Shown here piece after piece: positions 1-12,077 of a stretch of DNA of 64,000 nt (position 1 is its first letter; each line of letters begins with the position of its first letter). Below the pieces are notes generated by a model, which worked only from the letters and a program-made list of their open reading frames with translations, ran no database searches and was not told the origin of the DNA. The translations under genes and the position numbers were made by a program. The DNA is from Cycas panzhihuaensis (lineage: Eukaryota > Plantae > Cycadophyta). The DNA lies in contig CM041465.1 in assembly GCA_023213395.1 (NCBI GenBank), positions 249,495,741 through 249,559,740 of the forward strand, in the 5' to 3' direction.

Positions 1-111
1 TCATGGCTTTTATGGACCATAGTATAATAAATACATTTCTATGGATAGTGTTGTGATTATGCGGCTGACATATTGAATATCCCTAGGAATACTACACGGT
101 AGTAGCCTTTC

Positions 112-795
112 TATTAGAATAATGTTTATTCTATGATAAGTCTAGTCGGTTTATCAACACAAGGAAGTTGAGTCGAGGCATTGATAAGAAGTCTGGTCAA
201 TTTGTCGACACAAGGAAGTTGAGTCAGGATGTCGATAAGAAGTCCAGTTGATTTGTTGGCACAAGGGAGTTGAGTCAGGATGTTGATAAGAAGTCTGGTT
301 AGTTTGTCGACACAAGGAAATTGAGTTGGGATGTCTATAATAAGTCTGATCAGTTTGTCGACAACATAAGAATGATCAGTGTCGACATGATAGGTGTCAA
401 CTTAATGTAAAGTTGTGTAGTACAAATAGCTTATGTCAATAAGCCTTTGTCGACAAACAGACTTAATTGTTTGCAAGTCAACCTAGACCTTACAAGCATA
501 TGACATATCTAACACGACTAAGGCAGTTACAAAACAACCTATGATAACTAAAATTGATGTATAAGGCAGTTACAAAACAGCCTATGATAACTACAATTGA
601 TGTATAAGGCAATTACAAAACAACCTGTGATAATTGAAATTGATGTATAAGGTGGTTACAAAATTGTCTGTGATAACTGAAATTGATGCATGTACATTTC
701 CATTCTGTAATATTCTCTTTTAGTTCTATTGAGAGGTATCTCACGATACCAACCTGTTCCTAGGCAATAATATTCTGTAAATTAATTTTTTTAGA
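112..795 (+). repeat. Copia-1 5' LTR (684 bp) with internal 51-bp and 43-bp tandem arrays
   Basis: Direct repeat of 5314-5947; 51-bp units start at about 135, 183, 234, 285, 336; 43-bp units start at 520, 563, 606, 649. Confidence 0.93.
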
Positions 796-807
796 TGGTA
801 TCATAGC
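796..807 (+). promoter_or_regulatory. Primer-binding site, tRNA-iMet (1 mismatch)
   Basis: TGGTATCATAGC versus consensus TGGTATCAGAGC, directly after the LTR. Confidence 0.9.
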
Positions 808-1271
808 AAGAGTTCTGTAGGGGTTTTTGAGACCAGAAAACTCTAGTGAGTCCTCGTTTTTTCAAGTCTCGAAGAAGACAATAAAGAAGAGTGAAGACGT
901 GAAGTAAAAAGTGTATTCTAAATAGTACGATCGTGTACAAACAGTGTACGAAACCATGTGGAGCTGTATGGACTTAAAAAATCAAAGTACCCTTTTTTGC
1001 TGAAATTTTACTAGCAAGGCCATTTTGTGAAGTACATCATCTTATTCCAAAGATACAACTCAAAATCTCGTCATTTTGATGGTGTTTTAGCCGATTTTCA
1101 GCAATTCGCGAGTTTGAAGATATTTTTGAAGATTTTTCTCAAAATACTCGCTTAATGTAGGTAAAACCAGTCCATACAATAGTACTTCCATACAAAATTT
1201 TGTATAATTGTACAACTTGTTTGACATAAGACCAGAAAAACATTCTGAAAATATGTATCCTTTTTTCTGAG

Positions 1272-4200
1272 ATGGCCTCCTCTATTCTTGCCTTGGGTGA
1301 GCAAGATAAACTTACTGCAATAAATTACCATGTCTAGAAAATTAAAATTGAGTCTACTAAGAGCGAAAAATGCTTGGGATATAGCTACAAGGAAGGAGAA
1401 AAGGCTTGTTAATGATGTTGACCAACCCAGTTGGGATGACAGGAACAATTCAAGAGTAATAATTTTAAAATTGTCCATTTCAAACTTCTTATTAGTGTAT
1501 GCTAAAGGAATGAATTCTTTTGAAAAAATCTAGAAGGTATATGCTAACCTTTACAGTCAGAAAAATGAAGCTAGAATTGTAGCATTAAAAGAAGATTTGT
1601 ATAAACTCCACATGGGGGAGAAAGAGAGTGTTTCAGAGTTCATCCATAAGGCCACATCTATCAGAAATGATTTAGTCAATGCTGGACCAAACCCTCAAGA
1701 GCTGGAACTTGTACAAATGATTGTAAACAAGCTTCCGAAGTCATTTGACAATATGGTAAATTCCATAACTAATAATAACTAGACTACAACAATGATTCTT
1801 GAGACTTTAATAGGTCTTTTGCTCAAGCAGGAACAAAGAAACAAAAGATATGAAGAAGAGACAGAAATTGAAGAAGTTTTTTTGTCTAAACTTGGTCTTG
1901 GCACCAGAGGATGAGGACAACCTTGTTTCAAAGGTCATAGCCACATACCGACACCAAAAATCAACCTAGAGGAAGATGGCAAGACACGAGAGGTAGAGGA
2001 GGGTCATCTCCACTAAGAGACTCCAAAGTTTGTTTCAATTGTTGAAGACCAGGGCACTTTTCCAACAATTGTCGAGCCTTTAATGTGTGCTACCATTGTG
2101 GACAAGGAGGACACTATCCCTACCAGTGCTCTCAGAGGTGAGCTGAAATCCATAGAGGGAAAAGACCTACAAGGAACTACAGCAAACAACAAAGCAACTT
2201 TGAAGAAGAAGAAGAGACAACCTTCATAACTGCACTTGCCGCCTCCACCAAAGATGAAGATGTTTGGTACATTGACTTTGGAGCATCTAGCCACATGACA
2301 GGATGAAAAGAATGGTTTGAATCTCACAAAGCATACTCCCTCAATAAATCAATAGAATTAGTGAATAAATATTCCCTTAACATTCAAGGCATTGGAGTAA
2401 TACCAATCAAAATAAAAGGAAAAGTGTTAAAAATTGGTAATGTTTTTTTCATCCCAAGGCTGAAGAAAAATTTACTCTCTGTCTCCCAACTTGGGAAGAA
2501 AAAGTTGAGAACCATATTTGATGAAAATGGGTTTTGCCATATCTTGGACATGAAAAAAAGGGGGAATTGTAGTGGCAAGAGGCATATAAAGCAACGATCT
2601 TTATAGACTGCTTTCTAATCCCATGACTTCAAAAGATGATGTAAAATCTTATGTAAATACTGATAATAACAAACTCTGGCATTTGGAGTATGGGCATATC
2701 TCATTTGATAGATTAGAATTATGCAAAATTTCTAATCTGGTTGATGGGCTTCCAGATATGTAATTTCACTCCTTTGTTTGCAAAAGTTGTCTATTGGATA
2801 AACAACACAAAATTCCGTTTCAAATAAGTATTTGGCATGCACAAAACAAATTAAAACTAGTGCATTCTGATCTCTGTGGGCCCATTGCCCCAAGCTCACT
2901 CAATGGAGCAAGATATTTTCTCACATTTATTTATAATTTCTCTAGAAAAGTCTGGGTATATTTTTTCTATAATAAATCAGAGACATTTGATAAATTCACA
3001 GAATTTAAAGCTAAAGTTGAGCTGGAAAGAGGCAATAAATTAAAATATATCAGGTCCGATGGTGGAGATGAATACACATCGAAAGAGTTTCAGTATTATT
3101 GCAGAACTCATGGAATACATCGACAAATAACCACTCCCTACACACCTTAATCAAATGGAATAGAGGAATGAATGAATAGAACCATCATGGAAATGGCTCG
3201 TAGTCTAATTCAGGACAGGTAGGTTCCAAAGGCATATCGAGCAGAAGTTGTTAATACAACAATTTATTTAATAAACAGAAGTCTAATTCAAGCCTTGAAC
3301 AAGGTAACTCCCGAAGAAGCATGGACGTAGTAATCTCAAAATTTTTTGTTGTTAATCTTTTGTTCACATTCTTGATAAGAAAAGGCCCAAGCTCAATTGC
3401 AAGAGCATAGAATGCATAATGATAGGCTATAGTAAGAATTCCAAAGCATATAGGTGCATAGACCCCAAAACAAATAAAGTCCATGTAAGCAGAGATGTCT
3501 TCAATGAACAAGATATTGTTGCAAGCCAATAAAACGTCAGGAAATTGAAGTATCCACTAAAGAATCCTCCACGGTTGTTCCTTCACCTAAGGACGTTTCA
3601 AGAATTACATCTAAGGACATAGAAATGGAAGAAGAATGTTCTAAAATGGCCCCTTCAGTCATCAAAGAAATGAATCTTGAAGAAGAAGAGGAAATCTGCA
3701 CAACTTCTAAAAAGATATCAAAATGGTACCTTAAGGCAATTGAAGAGGCAAAAGGCAATGTGTTTGATCATAGAACCAAATCCTAGAAACATCAAGCACT
3801 ATTTTACTTAATTGAATCTTAGTCATATAAGGAAGCAAGACAACACGTTGAGTGGAAGTCAACAATGGATATAGAAATGGTAGCTATTTCCAAAAACAAA
3901 ACATGGGAATTAGTTGAACCACCTACTGATAAGTCGATTGTCAATTGCAAACGGGTATACAAGGTGAAAGAAAACTCTGATGGAAGAATAGAAAAATACA
4001 AAGCAAGATTTGCAACCAAAGGATACACCCAAACTGCAGGAATAGACTATGACAAAAGCCTCTCTCCAATAGCAAAGTTGAATACTGTAAGAATGGTTAT
4101 TGCCTTAGCAGCACAACAAAATTGGAAAATCTATCAACTTGACGTAAATAGTGCCTTTTTTAACGAAGACCTAGAAGAAGAAGTATACATGTAGGAATGG

Positions 4201-5294
4201 TCACAAACATCTTGTCTACAAGTTTAAAAAGGTTCTATACGGGCTAAAACAAGATCCCAGAGCCTGGTATGCTAAATTGGACAAATATTTCATACAAAAC
4301 CATTTTCAAAGATGTGAATTAGATCCTAGTTTATATGTAAAGATCAGCCAAGGATTGATCACTATAATTGTTGTGTATGTAAATGATATGATTCTTACAA
4401 GTAGCAATGCAGAGTCCATTACAGTCATAAAAACTCAATTAGAAAAGGGATATGAAATGACAAACTTAAGACTTTTGAGTTATTATCTTGGTATAGAAGT
4501 AAAATAAAAAGAGGACTCAATCACCATATCGCAAAATAAGTATACTAGGAATTTGCTAAAGAAATTCAAGATGAAAGACTACAACAGCTGTGCAACGCCA
4601 ATGGAAACAGGGTGTAACCTAACTCATGACACAGAAGGAACTCCAGTCAATGCAATTTTGTATAGACAACTAGTTGGTAGTCTAATTTATCTTGCTATCA
4701 CTAGACCTGATATCTCATATTCTATAAGTGTAATTTCTAGATACATGCAGGATCTTAAAATATTACATTGGAGAGTAGTAAAAAGACACCTCAGATCTGG
4801 AACTTACATATACAAAAAATGATGGAGAAAAACTAATTGGATACAATGATTCTGATTGGACTATAGACAAAGAAAACAGGAAATCAACAACTGGATATTG
4901 TTTTATTCTTAGCTTAGCAACAATGTCCTGGAGCAATAAAAAGCAACCAATTGTTGCATTATCATCTACAAAGACAGAATACAAATCAATAGTAAGTGCA
5001 TCCTATGAAGTAGTATGGCTAAGACAATTGTTGACAGATCTAAATCAAAAGCAGAATGGCCCAACAACTCTTTATTGTGATAATCAAAGCACAATAAATT
5101 TGACAAAGAATCCAGTCTTTCATGCCAGTACCAAACACATTGAAGTGCATCATCATTTCATATGAGAAAAAGTTCAAAACAAAAAAATAGAGTTGATGCA
5201 TTGTACAACAAATGAACAAGTTGCAAATATCTTGACTAAACCTCTCAGCAAAGATAAATTTCAATTTCTTAGAGATAAGTTTAGTTTAAAGTAG
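1272..5294 (+). pseudogene. Copia gag-pol pseudogene with many stops and frameshifts
   Basis: Gag (KNAWDIA, NKLPKSFD); protease (WYIDFGASSHMT at about 2265-2300); integrase (LVHSDLCGP, IRSDGGDEY); RT (KYKARFATKGYTQ, QLDVNSAF, VYVNDMI); RNase H (YCDNQSTI, TKHIEVHHHFI). Confidence 0.93.
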
Positions 5295-5313
5295 ATAAAA
5301 CATTAAGAGATGG

Positions 5314-5947
5314 TGTTAGAATAATGTTTTATCTATGATAAGTCTGGTTGGTTTGTCAACACAAGGAAGTTGAGTTGAGTTGTCGATAAGAAGTCTGGTC
5401 AGTTTGTTAACACAAGAAAGTTGAGTTGGGATGTCGATAAGAAGTCTGGTCAATTTGTCAACACAAGGAAATTGAGTTGGGATGTCGATAAGAAGTCTGG
5501 TCAATTTGTCGACAACATAAGAATGATCACTCTCGACATATAGGTGTCAACTTAATGTAAAGTCGTGTAGTGCAAATAGCTTATGTCAATAAGCCTTCAT
5601 CAACTAGTAGACTTAATTGTTTGCAAGTCGACCTAGACCTTACAGGCATATGACATATCTAACACGATTAAGGCAGTTACAAAATAACCTGTGACAATTC
5701 AAATTAATGTATAAGGCAGTTACAAAACAACGTGTGATAAACTGAAATTGATGCATAAGGCAATTACAAAATAGCTTGTGATAACTGAAATTGATGCATA
5801 AGGTGGTTACAAAACAGCATGTGATAACTAAAATTGATGTATGTACATTTCCATTCTGTAATATTTTCTTTTAGTTCTATTGAGAGGTATGTCACGATAC
5901 CAACCTGTTCCTAGGCAACAATATTCTGTGGATCAATTTTTTTCACA
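5314..5947 (+). repeat. Copia-1 3' LTR (634 bp)
   Basis: TG...CA termini; matches 112-795 with one fewer 51-bp unit. Confidence 0.93.
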
Positions 5948-6294
5948 TTTTCGACATAGGGGCTTCAAGGGGACAAAGAGCGAGTCAACAAAGCTCAAGA
6001 AGATCAAGAGGACACTATACAACCAAAATATCGTAGGTGACCTCAACAACAAGTGAAGTCGACAACTACTGAAATTTTTGAAACTAACCAATAACCAACC
6101 ACAAGGTGGAAATTGTTGCATATTCAACCCTTTTAAGTCAAACAATCAATACGTATCTCATTTGCAATTAAACAACTAGTCTACCTGAAGATAAAGCAAA
6201 CAATTTAGACTAGCATTTGCAAGATCTAAGAATTTTGTTTCATCCATCCATGAACCTGGCACCTACTACTATTTCCATTTTTTCATATCATATC

Positions 6295-6692
6295 TGTTAG
6301 ATTCCAACATGGAAAGCATTCAACACCAAAGACAATCAACACAATCAATGAACAAAGCAAAGCTTGTATTAATCCAATATAAGCAAGATTACATTAAAAC
6401 ACTCATGCATCATAGACTCAACATAAGTCTAAATGATGACCTGATTACATACCCTACCTCAACTACCTTTATATACAACATAGGTGGTAGAACATACAAG
6501 AGATGAGACGCATGTGGGACAAATACCTCTAACCTAGCCAATGACATTTTACCAACTAATTAACTAATGACCTTCTAACTTTCCACACAATATTATTATA
6601 AGGTATGACCTCTAGACCTTAATACTTAGGACTATGACTATTGACTCTAAGACACACTTAGACACATATACATTAAATATTATATTCTAACA
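6295..6692 (-). repeat. 3' LTR (398 bp) of non-autonomous element copy A
   Basis: TGTTAG...CTAACA termini; adjacent to reverse-complement PPT (AAACATTAAGGGGTGA on the minus strand). Confidence 0.9.
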
Positions 6693-6896
6693 TCACCCCT
6701 TAATGTTTAATGTCATGACCATAAGTATATTGATTACCAAGAACATTATGACACCTACTTCTAAGGACTAACTGACATAAGACTTTGACTTGAATAATTG
6801 TTTGAATTTCCAATGCCTGAGTCTTGGAATTTATCTAAAGATAATGTCATAAGCTTTGTCTTCAACCGAAATGCTGTAAAATCTGTATGATGTGTG

Positions 6897-8297
6897 TTAT
6901 GTCGCCTCTTGTTTCTTGTCTGATGATTCTTCTTGTGTATTCAGGTGTAGGTGTGGTTTTCCTGGATCAAATATGATTACATGTGATTTCAACTCCATGA
7001 AGAGAGTAGACTCCTTCTTGTTTGTCTCCAAGTCTGCCAGGATGATTAACTTCTCAAGCCAATGATCACTTCCTTGAAAGGAAAGGAGCAACAGTGATCC
7101 CTTTCCTAACTTCACCTGTTCAGATACATGTCTAGAACTAACAAGATGCTTTGTTCTCTCCATATTATCCAAAAAATTCTTTGTACCAAATATGATGAGA
7201 ATTTCCATAATGACTAGATGCACATATTTCCTTATTATGGCTACACAAAGATGGAACCTCACTTTAACATGATTTAATCTCATGGTTAAGTAGCCTACCC
7301 AAAACAAACAGTGATCTTGATGAACAAGATTTTGATCAAATGAAATTCCAATTATGTTTTGTCTTATTTTGCATGAATCTTCTGTGGTCATTGCAGGGTA
7401 TGCAAACATTATTTGGATTCTTTTGAAAATAAGAATTGAAAATGCCACCGAATTGAATGTGATCATAGAGAGTCTCATGTATGTGCAAATTACTGTATGT
7501 CCTGACATCATTTGAACCCTCGCAACAAATTTGTCATCACAAATTAAGGTAATATTGCCCATATCTTCTGTTAAGGCACCTGTGTCTCCATGAAGTATTA
7601 CCTGTAAAGGTTGGCGTTCAGATTCTTCAATCTCCACTCTTCTAGAAATTCCCAATGTAGGCTTTCCTGTCAACTTGGTGAGGCTCAAGACATTTGGTGA
7701 ATTCAAATCTTCATTATCTTCATCAAATTTCGAGCAAAGATCATCAAACTCTTTTCCAGAGATAGGTTTATGCAACCTTTCATTCACTTTATGAATATCA
7801 GTTGAGTCAATGTGCGGACTAATCTTACTAGAATCAGGCTGATTTTTCGGTTTCCTCTTCAGATTCTTCTTTTGGTTCTTTGTCCTCCTAATATTCTTCT
7901 ACATTTCTTCAGGACCCTTTTCATTTACTTCTACTAACAGATTCTAGGCCTTTTCAGCTGAGTCAATATTTTGAAGTGTTTGGATAAGAAAATGGTATGA
8001 AGGATGAAGGTTTTCCTTGTTGAAAGTTCTAACCATTACATCAATGGCTACTATGTTTTTCTTCTTGAAGGCTACCTCCCCTTCTTCATTAATTGAAACA
8101 ATTCCAAGAACAATTTTCCATAATCCTTTAATCCTAAAAACGTCTTCTATTTTAATTTTCCAAAATCGAAACTTAATTCCAACATATTTTGGCAAAACTA
8201 TGTTGGTGCCTGTTACCCAAAAATCTTTTTTCTCTGCTGCAAAGGTAATGACTTCACTTAGCTCCATATTGTATGGTTGAATTGAGCAAGAGAACAT
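6897..8297 (-). pseudogene. ORF-X copy A: Copia Gag N-terminal-like domain fused to an unknown region of about 300 aa
   Basis: ORFs 7944-8297 and 6897-7787 are in one frame, separated only by point stops; FRFWKIKIEDVFRIKGLWKIV...SAEKA*NLL resembles the Copia Gag N-terminus; in-frame homologue at 45138-46778. Confidence 0.75.
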
Positions 8298-9089
8298 TAC
8301 CCAAATTTTATGACTTCATAGCCATGATGAGTCAAATATCACATATACTTTTCCCTATTGTCAATTAATGAATCTCTAACCCAAAACTTGCAATTACATG
8401 CCCATTCACCACATATATAAACTCCTCGCATTACCCTTGAGATGTTACTTCATCACCAAAAATAAAGTCACATCCATTAACTTACCAAAGGTAATTTTGA
8501 TCTTTAATCTAAAAATAAATAGGTATAAGGAGTAAGTTGATATATCAAAACTTAAGAACTCAAAATATTTCAATATGTTAATTCCCTATATCCATGTCCA
8601 GGACTCGAACACCCTTATTTAATTTAATTTAATTTCAAATTTATCTCCTTAAAATAATCAAACTCATTTTGGGTCCGCCAAGCTAACCAAGACTTACGAG
8701 TTTGACTTAGATTCTTCTCCTGTAGTTCAACACGATCGACACTTAACATTCACCACAGCTCCTTTTTATTTTCGCCTGCTGACCACGATCTTTGTGTGCC
8801 TAGGCAAGACCTCCCTCTGCAACTGTTGCCTCTCCTTCAGGGATTTCTCTACGGGCTCCTTTGTTGGGGCACAACGATTAGATCAACAGAACAAAATCGA
8901 GGACGAGCGACTTCAAACCCACAGTCTCCACTTTTATGCATGGAGATCACGCCTACTCCTCATGACCTATAGCTGCCATCACTATCGTCGTGCCTCAGTC
9001 TCCTTTGATGAGCTTAGGCGAGAACCCTGAGTGGAAGCACATCCACTTGCCAGGGAGAGGAGTTTCATGTGCATCTGCAACACCTTCCG

Positions 9090-9372
9090 AAAGAGTTATG
9101 AACGTTCCTCCTTTCTTCAGAATATATAGAGTAGAATGCTTGATGGGCAACGAAACGGTTCCCATCTCAAGCAATGGATCTGTGGCGTCAAGGGACATGA
9201 CGTTGGATGCCGACACAGGCGTTTTCGTTCGGTTCTATCTTCCTCGCATTAAAAACTCTAGAATTAGGGTTCCACTAGTGTTATACATTCATGGACGGAG
9301 CTTTCGTATCGAATCAGCGGCATCCCCAACATACCATAACTATCTAAACAAAATGACGAAAGAGGCGAGGTC
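9090..9372 (+). pseudogene. N-terminal fragment of a plant carboxylesterase (CXE/GID1-like alpha/beta hydrolase)
   Basis: PPFFRIY..RVECLMGNETVP..VASRDMTLDADTGVFVRFYLP..VPLVLYIHGRSFRIESAASPTYHNYLNKM matches the CXE N-terminus, with the HGG motif altered to HGR; no GxSxG half. Confidence 0.85.
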
Positions 9373-9426
9373 ATCAAGAGCGGTTGCAGATTGCATTGTT
9401 GGCCCTCAACGATCAGCACTTGGCAT

Positions 9427-10900
9427 CGAGAGGTGGTCAACAAAAATATGGGCTTTTCCTGGTTTCACTATAATTCGAAAGGTAAACTCTTGGAATAACA
9501 TCAACCAACGACTAATTCACCTTCTCAATAATGGTTTATTTACCAGGTACATAAGTGTCTGATGATCCACGTAAAATATGAAGGGGTTTGCTAGTAAATA
9601 ATGGTGAAATTTTGCAAGGCGTACACCATTCCAAGTCCTTCCCTTTTCATTGTTGTATAATTTTGCTCTGCTTTGGTTAGTTTGCGACCAGCAAAGTATA
9701 TAAGTCTATCCACATTGTTATCCCCTGGTTGTGCTAGAACACCCCCGATTGCGTACTGGGAGGCATCTATGTGCACATGGAATATTTTATTCCAATCGAG
9801 AAAATGTTACATAGGAGTTGACGCTATGGCGTGTTTTAAGGTTTCAAATGCTTTCTGTTGATCTGGCCCCCATTGCTAGTCTATTTCCTTCTTCCAAAGG
9901 TCTTCCAATGGTCCCGCTATCTGAGCATAACCTTTTACGAATTTTCGATAATATCCTATTAACCCTAGAAATCCTTTCATTTGTTTTTGGTTTTGGGGCT
10001 GAGGAAAATGTAATATGGCTGTAATCTTAGTTGGATCGGTCATTAACCCTTCCTTACTTACGACATGGCCAAGAAGGTTACAAAAGGGTACCAAGAAGGT
10101 GCATTTTTCTGGGTTCAAACACAACTTGTTTTCTCTGCGGGTTTGTAACATTGTTCTTAGGTTTTCCATGTGATTTTTCATCACTCCATATAAGGTCCAG
10201 TCATCCAAGAATATACCCACTGTTTCTATAATCAATTTTCTGAATATGCTGAGTACTATCTATTGGAAGGTTGCTAGACCGTTCGTAAGATCAAATGGCA
10301 TGACTCGGTATGCGTATGTTCCCCATTCGGTTATAAACGTGGTTTTATGTTGATCTTTAGGTGTGATACTCACTAGATTATAATTGCTAAATTTGTCTGT
10401 AAAGGAGTACACTTCTTTTCCTCCTACAGTTTCTAAGATCTATTCTGTAAAAGGAATGGGAAAGGGATCCTTTTTGGTAGCTTTATTCAGCTGCTGATAG
10501 TCTACGCATACTTGAATTTTTCCATTCTTTTTAGGTACAACCACAACGGGACTTACCCAATCACTATATTCAATTTCGTATATGTATCTTGCTTTTAACA
10601 TCTTGTCTGGTTTTGCTTTTACCTTTTCTTTGTGTTTGGGTTCATCTTATAGGGTTTTTGCTTCACAGGTTTTGCTCCTTCAATTAAATCAATGTGGTGC
10701 ATCCTGATTTCAAGTGGGATTCCCTTAAGGTCTTTGTAGGATCAAGCAAAAACATCCCGGTATTCTTCGAATAGTGCTTGGGCCTTTGCCATTGTTTTTC
10801 CATCCTAGTAATTGCCAATCATAATGTTCTTAGGGTCTGTTTCTGACCCAAGGTTGATTTGAGTCGTCTTAGGTCCTCCTTGTTGTCTCTCTCCCCCATT
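9427..10900 (-). pseudogene. Gypsy RT-RNase H pseudogene
   Basis: EEYRDVFA, WVSPVVVVPKKNGK, DPFPIPF, FLDDW, GFLGLIGYYRKF, IYFAGRKL, YVDHQ. Confidence 0.92.
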
Positions 10901-11104
10901 TGGATGAGCAGGTGTATCCTCTATGTCCCTTCGTTCATACCTTAATTCCGTATATTCTAGAGGTAGGTTTCTAGCTTCTTCCTCTTCCTTCCTTTCTTCA
11001 TGATCGTTGTCCTTTGTGTCTCTAATGTTTTCAAGTGACTCTAAATTTTTCTTTACCTTTCTACTTATATCCCTTGTTCTTTAATACTTTATGTATGGTC
11101 CGAT

Positions 11105-11565
11105 TGTTGGAAGAATATGAAAAGGCTTGGACAAATGAATGTTCTATTTCTTCTCATGTTACTTGTCAGAGTTGTTCTTGTTTTAGGAACCATGTTTTTG
11201 CTAGGGTTCCTAAGGTATGGATGAAAAGGTGGATCCAATGTAGCTTGGGAATACTTCAATGTTTCCATAATATTTTACACCTAAGGAGATGCTTGTTAGG
11301 GCATTCTCCTACTAAGAATCCTGAGATTATAAAGTTTTGAGGTGGATCAAAACTCAACCTAAAGGTTGACTGTAGGTTTTCCCATGTCAGTAAGGTATGG
11401 TGATGGGCTATGTACCACCACCATGCATTATCTTGGAAGGAGATTACAAAATCTATAACCCATTGTTTTTTTATCTAAAACCCTATGTTGCAACCAATGT
11501 TCCATACATTGGATTAAGTGTTTTGTGCCGTCCATTGATTTGCCTGAAAATGTAGGTATTTGTTT
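11105..11565 (-). other. Two tandem capsid-like (Gag N-lobe-like) units between protease and RT
   Basis: Manual translation gives IPTFSG..KHLIQCMEHW..QWVIDFVISFQDNAWWWY..TWENLQSTF and ISGF..KHLLRCKILW..HWIHLFIHTLGTLAKTWF..T*EEIEHSF. Confidence 0.7.
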
Positions 11566-12077
11566 TTGCCTTACGGTTCTATCTTTCGGTATAAGTTCTA
11601 TGGGGTGGGCAAATTCTGCTACCTTTTGAAGGCTATCTTCAAGTTCAGCTTCACTAGGGGGATTTACAAAAAGAGATGTTGGTGAGTCTAAAGAAGTTTT
11701 TTGGTTAGGGATAGAATATTCTACCTCAACCTGTTGGTTTTTGGTAGAAGGGTTTGGAAGGATATCCCTAGAGTCAGAAGGAAGATTGGCTAGATCTTCC
11801 AAATCGGCTCTGGGGATGGGGGGTGCGGGGTTGAGAAGGAACTAAGGGTGGGGATGGGGTGAATGAGAGTCTGTAGGAGTGATAAAATTTACATATGCTT
11901 TGTTTTTTACTTGAAATTCTACTTTTACTAAATATTTTCTAATGGTTTTTTAAGGTTCTCGGCACACATATAATCTAAATTATTATTATTTGATTTACTG
12001 TCAATTGAAAAATATTTTGATAACAAATTACAGCGAAATGAAAAGGGTTGAACTTCATACGAGTTGTCCATCCAATA

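Larger units (their letters stand above)
112..5947 (+). mobile_element. Full-length decayed Ty1/Copia LTR retrotransposon (Copia-1)
   Basis: LTRs at 112-795 and 5314-5947; PBS TGGTATCATAGC at 796-807; PPT-like AAGAGATGG at 5305-5313; TSD CTTTC (107-111) / TTTTC (5948-5952); domain order gag-PR-IN-RT-RH. Confidence 0.95.
6295..9420 (-). mobile_element. Non-autonomous LTR element, copy A (5'-truncated), same family as 44817-49835
   Basis: LTR 6295-6692 (TG...CA) is homologous to 44817-45176 and 49443-49835; reverse-strand PPT at 6693-6702; internal 6693-about 8500 is collinear with 45177-about 46950; right boundary approximate. Confidence 0.85.

Noticed and set aside
135-362. Regularly spaced repeats resembling a CRISPR array
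   Set aside because: Whole units repeat with no unique spacers, they lie within both LTRs, and there are no cas genes in this eukaryotic context.
6897-7787. ORF-X as an env-like gene of a Sirevirus-type element
   Set aside because: The 3' position fits, but it is in frame with a Gag-N-like domain, there is no upstream pol, the LTRs are short, and no clear signal peptide or transmembrane architecture could be established by eye.
8990-9562. 190-aa ORF as an intact carboxylesterase gene
   Set aside because: Only about 90 aa are CXE-like, the catalytic half is absent, and the C-terminus is antisense Gypsy RNase H.
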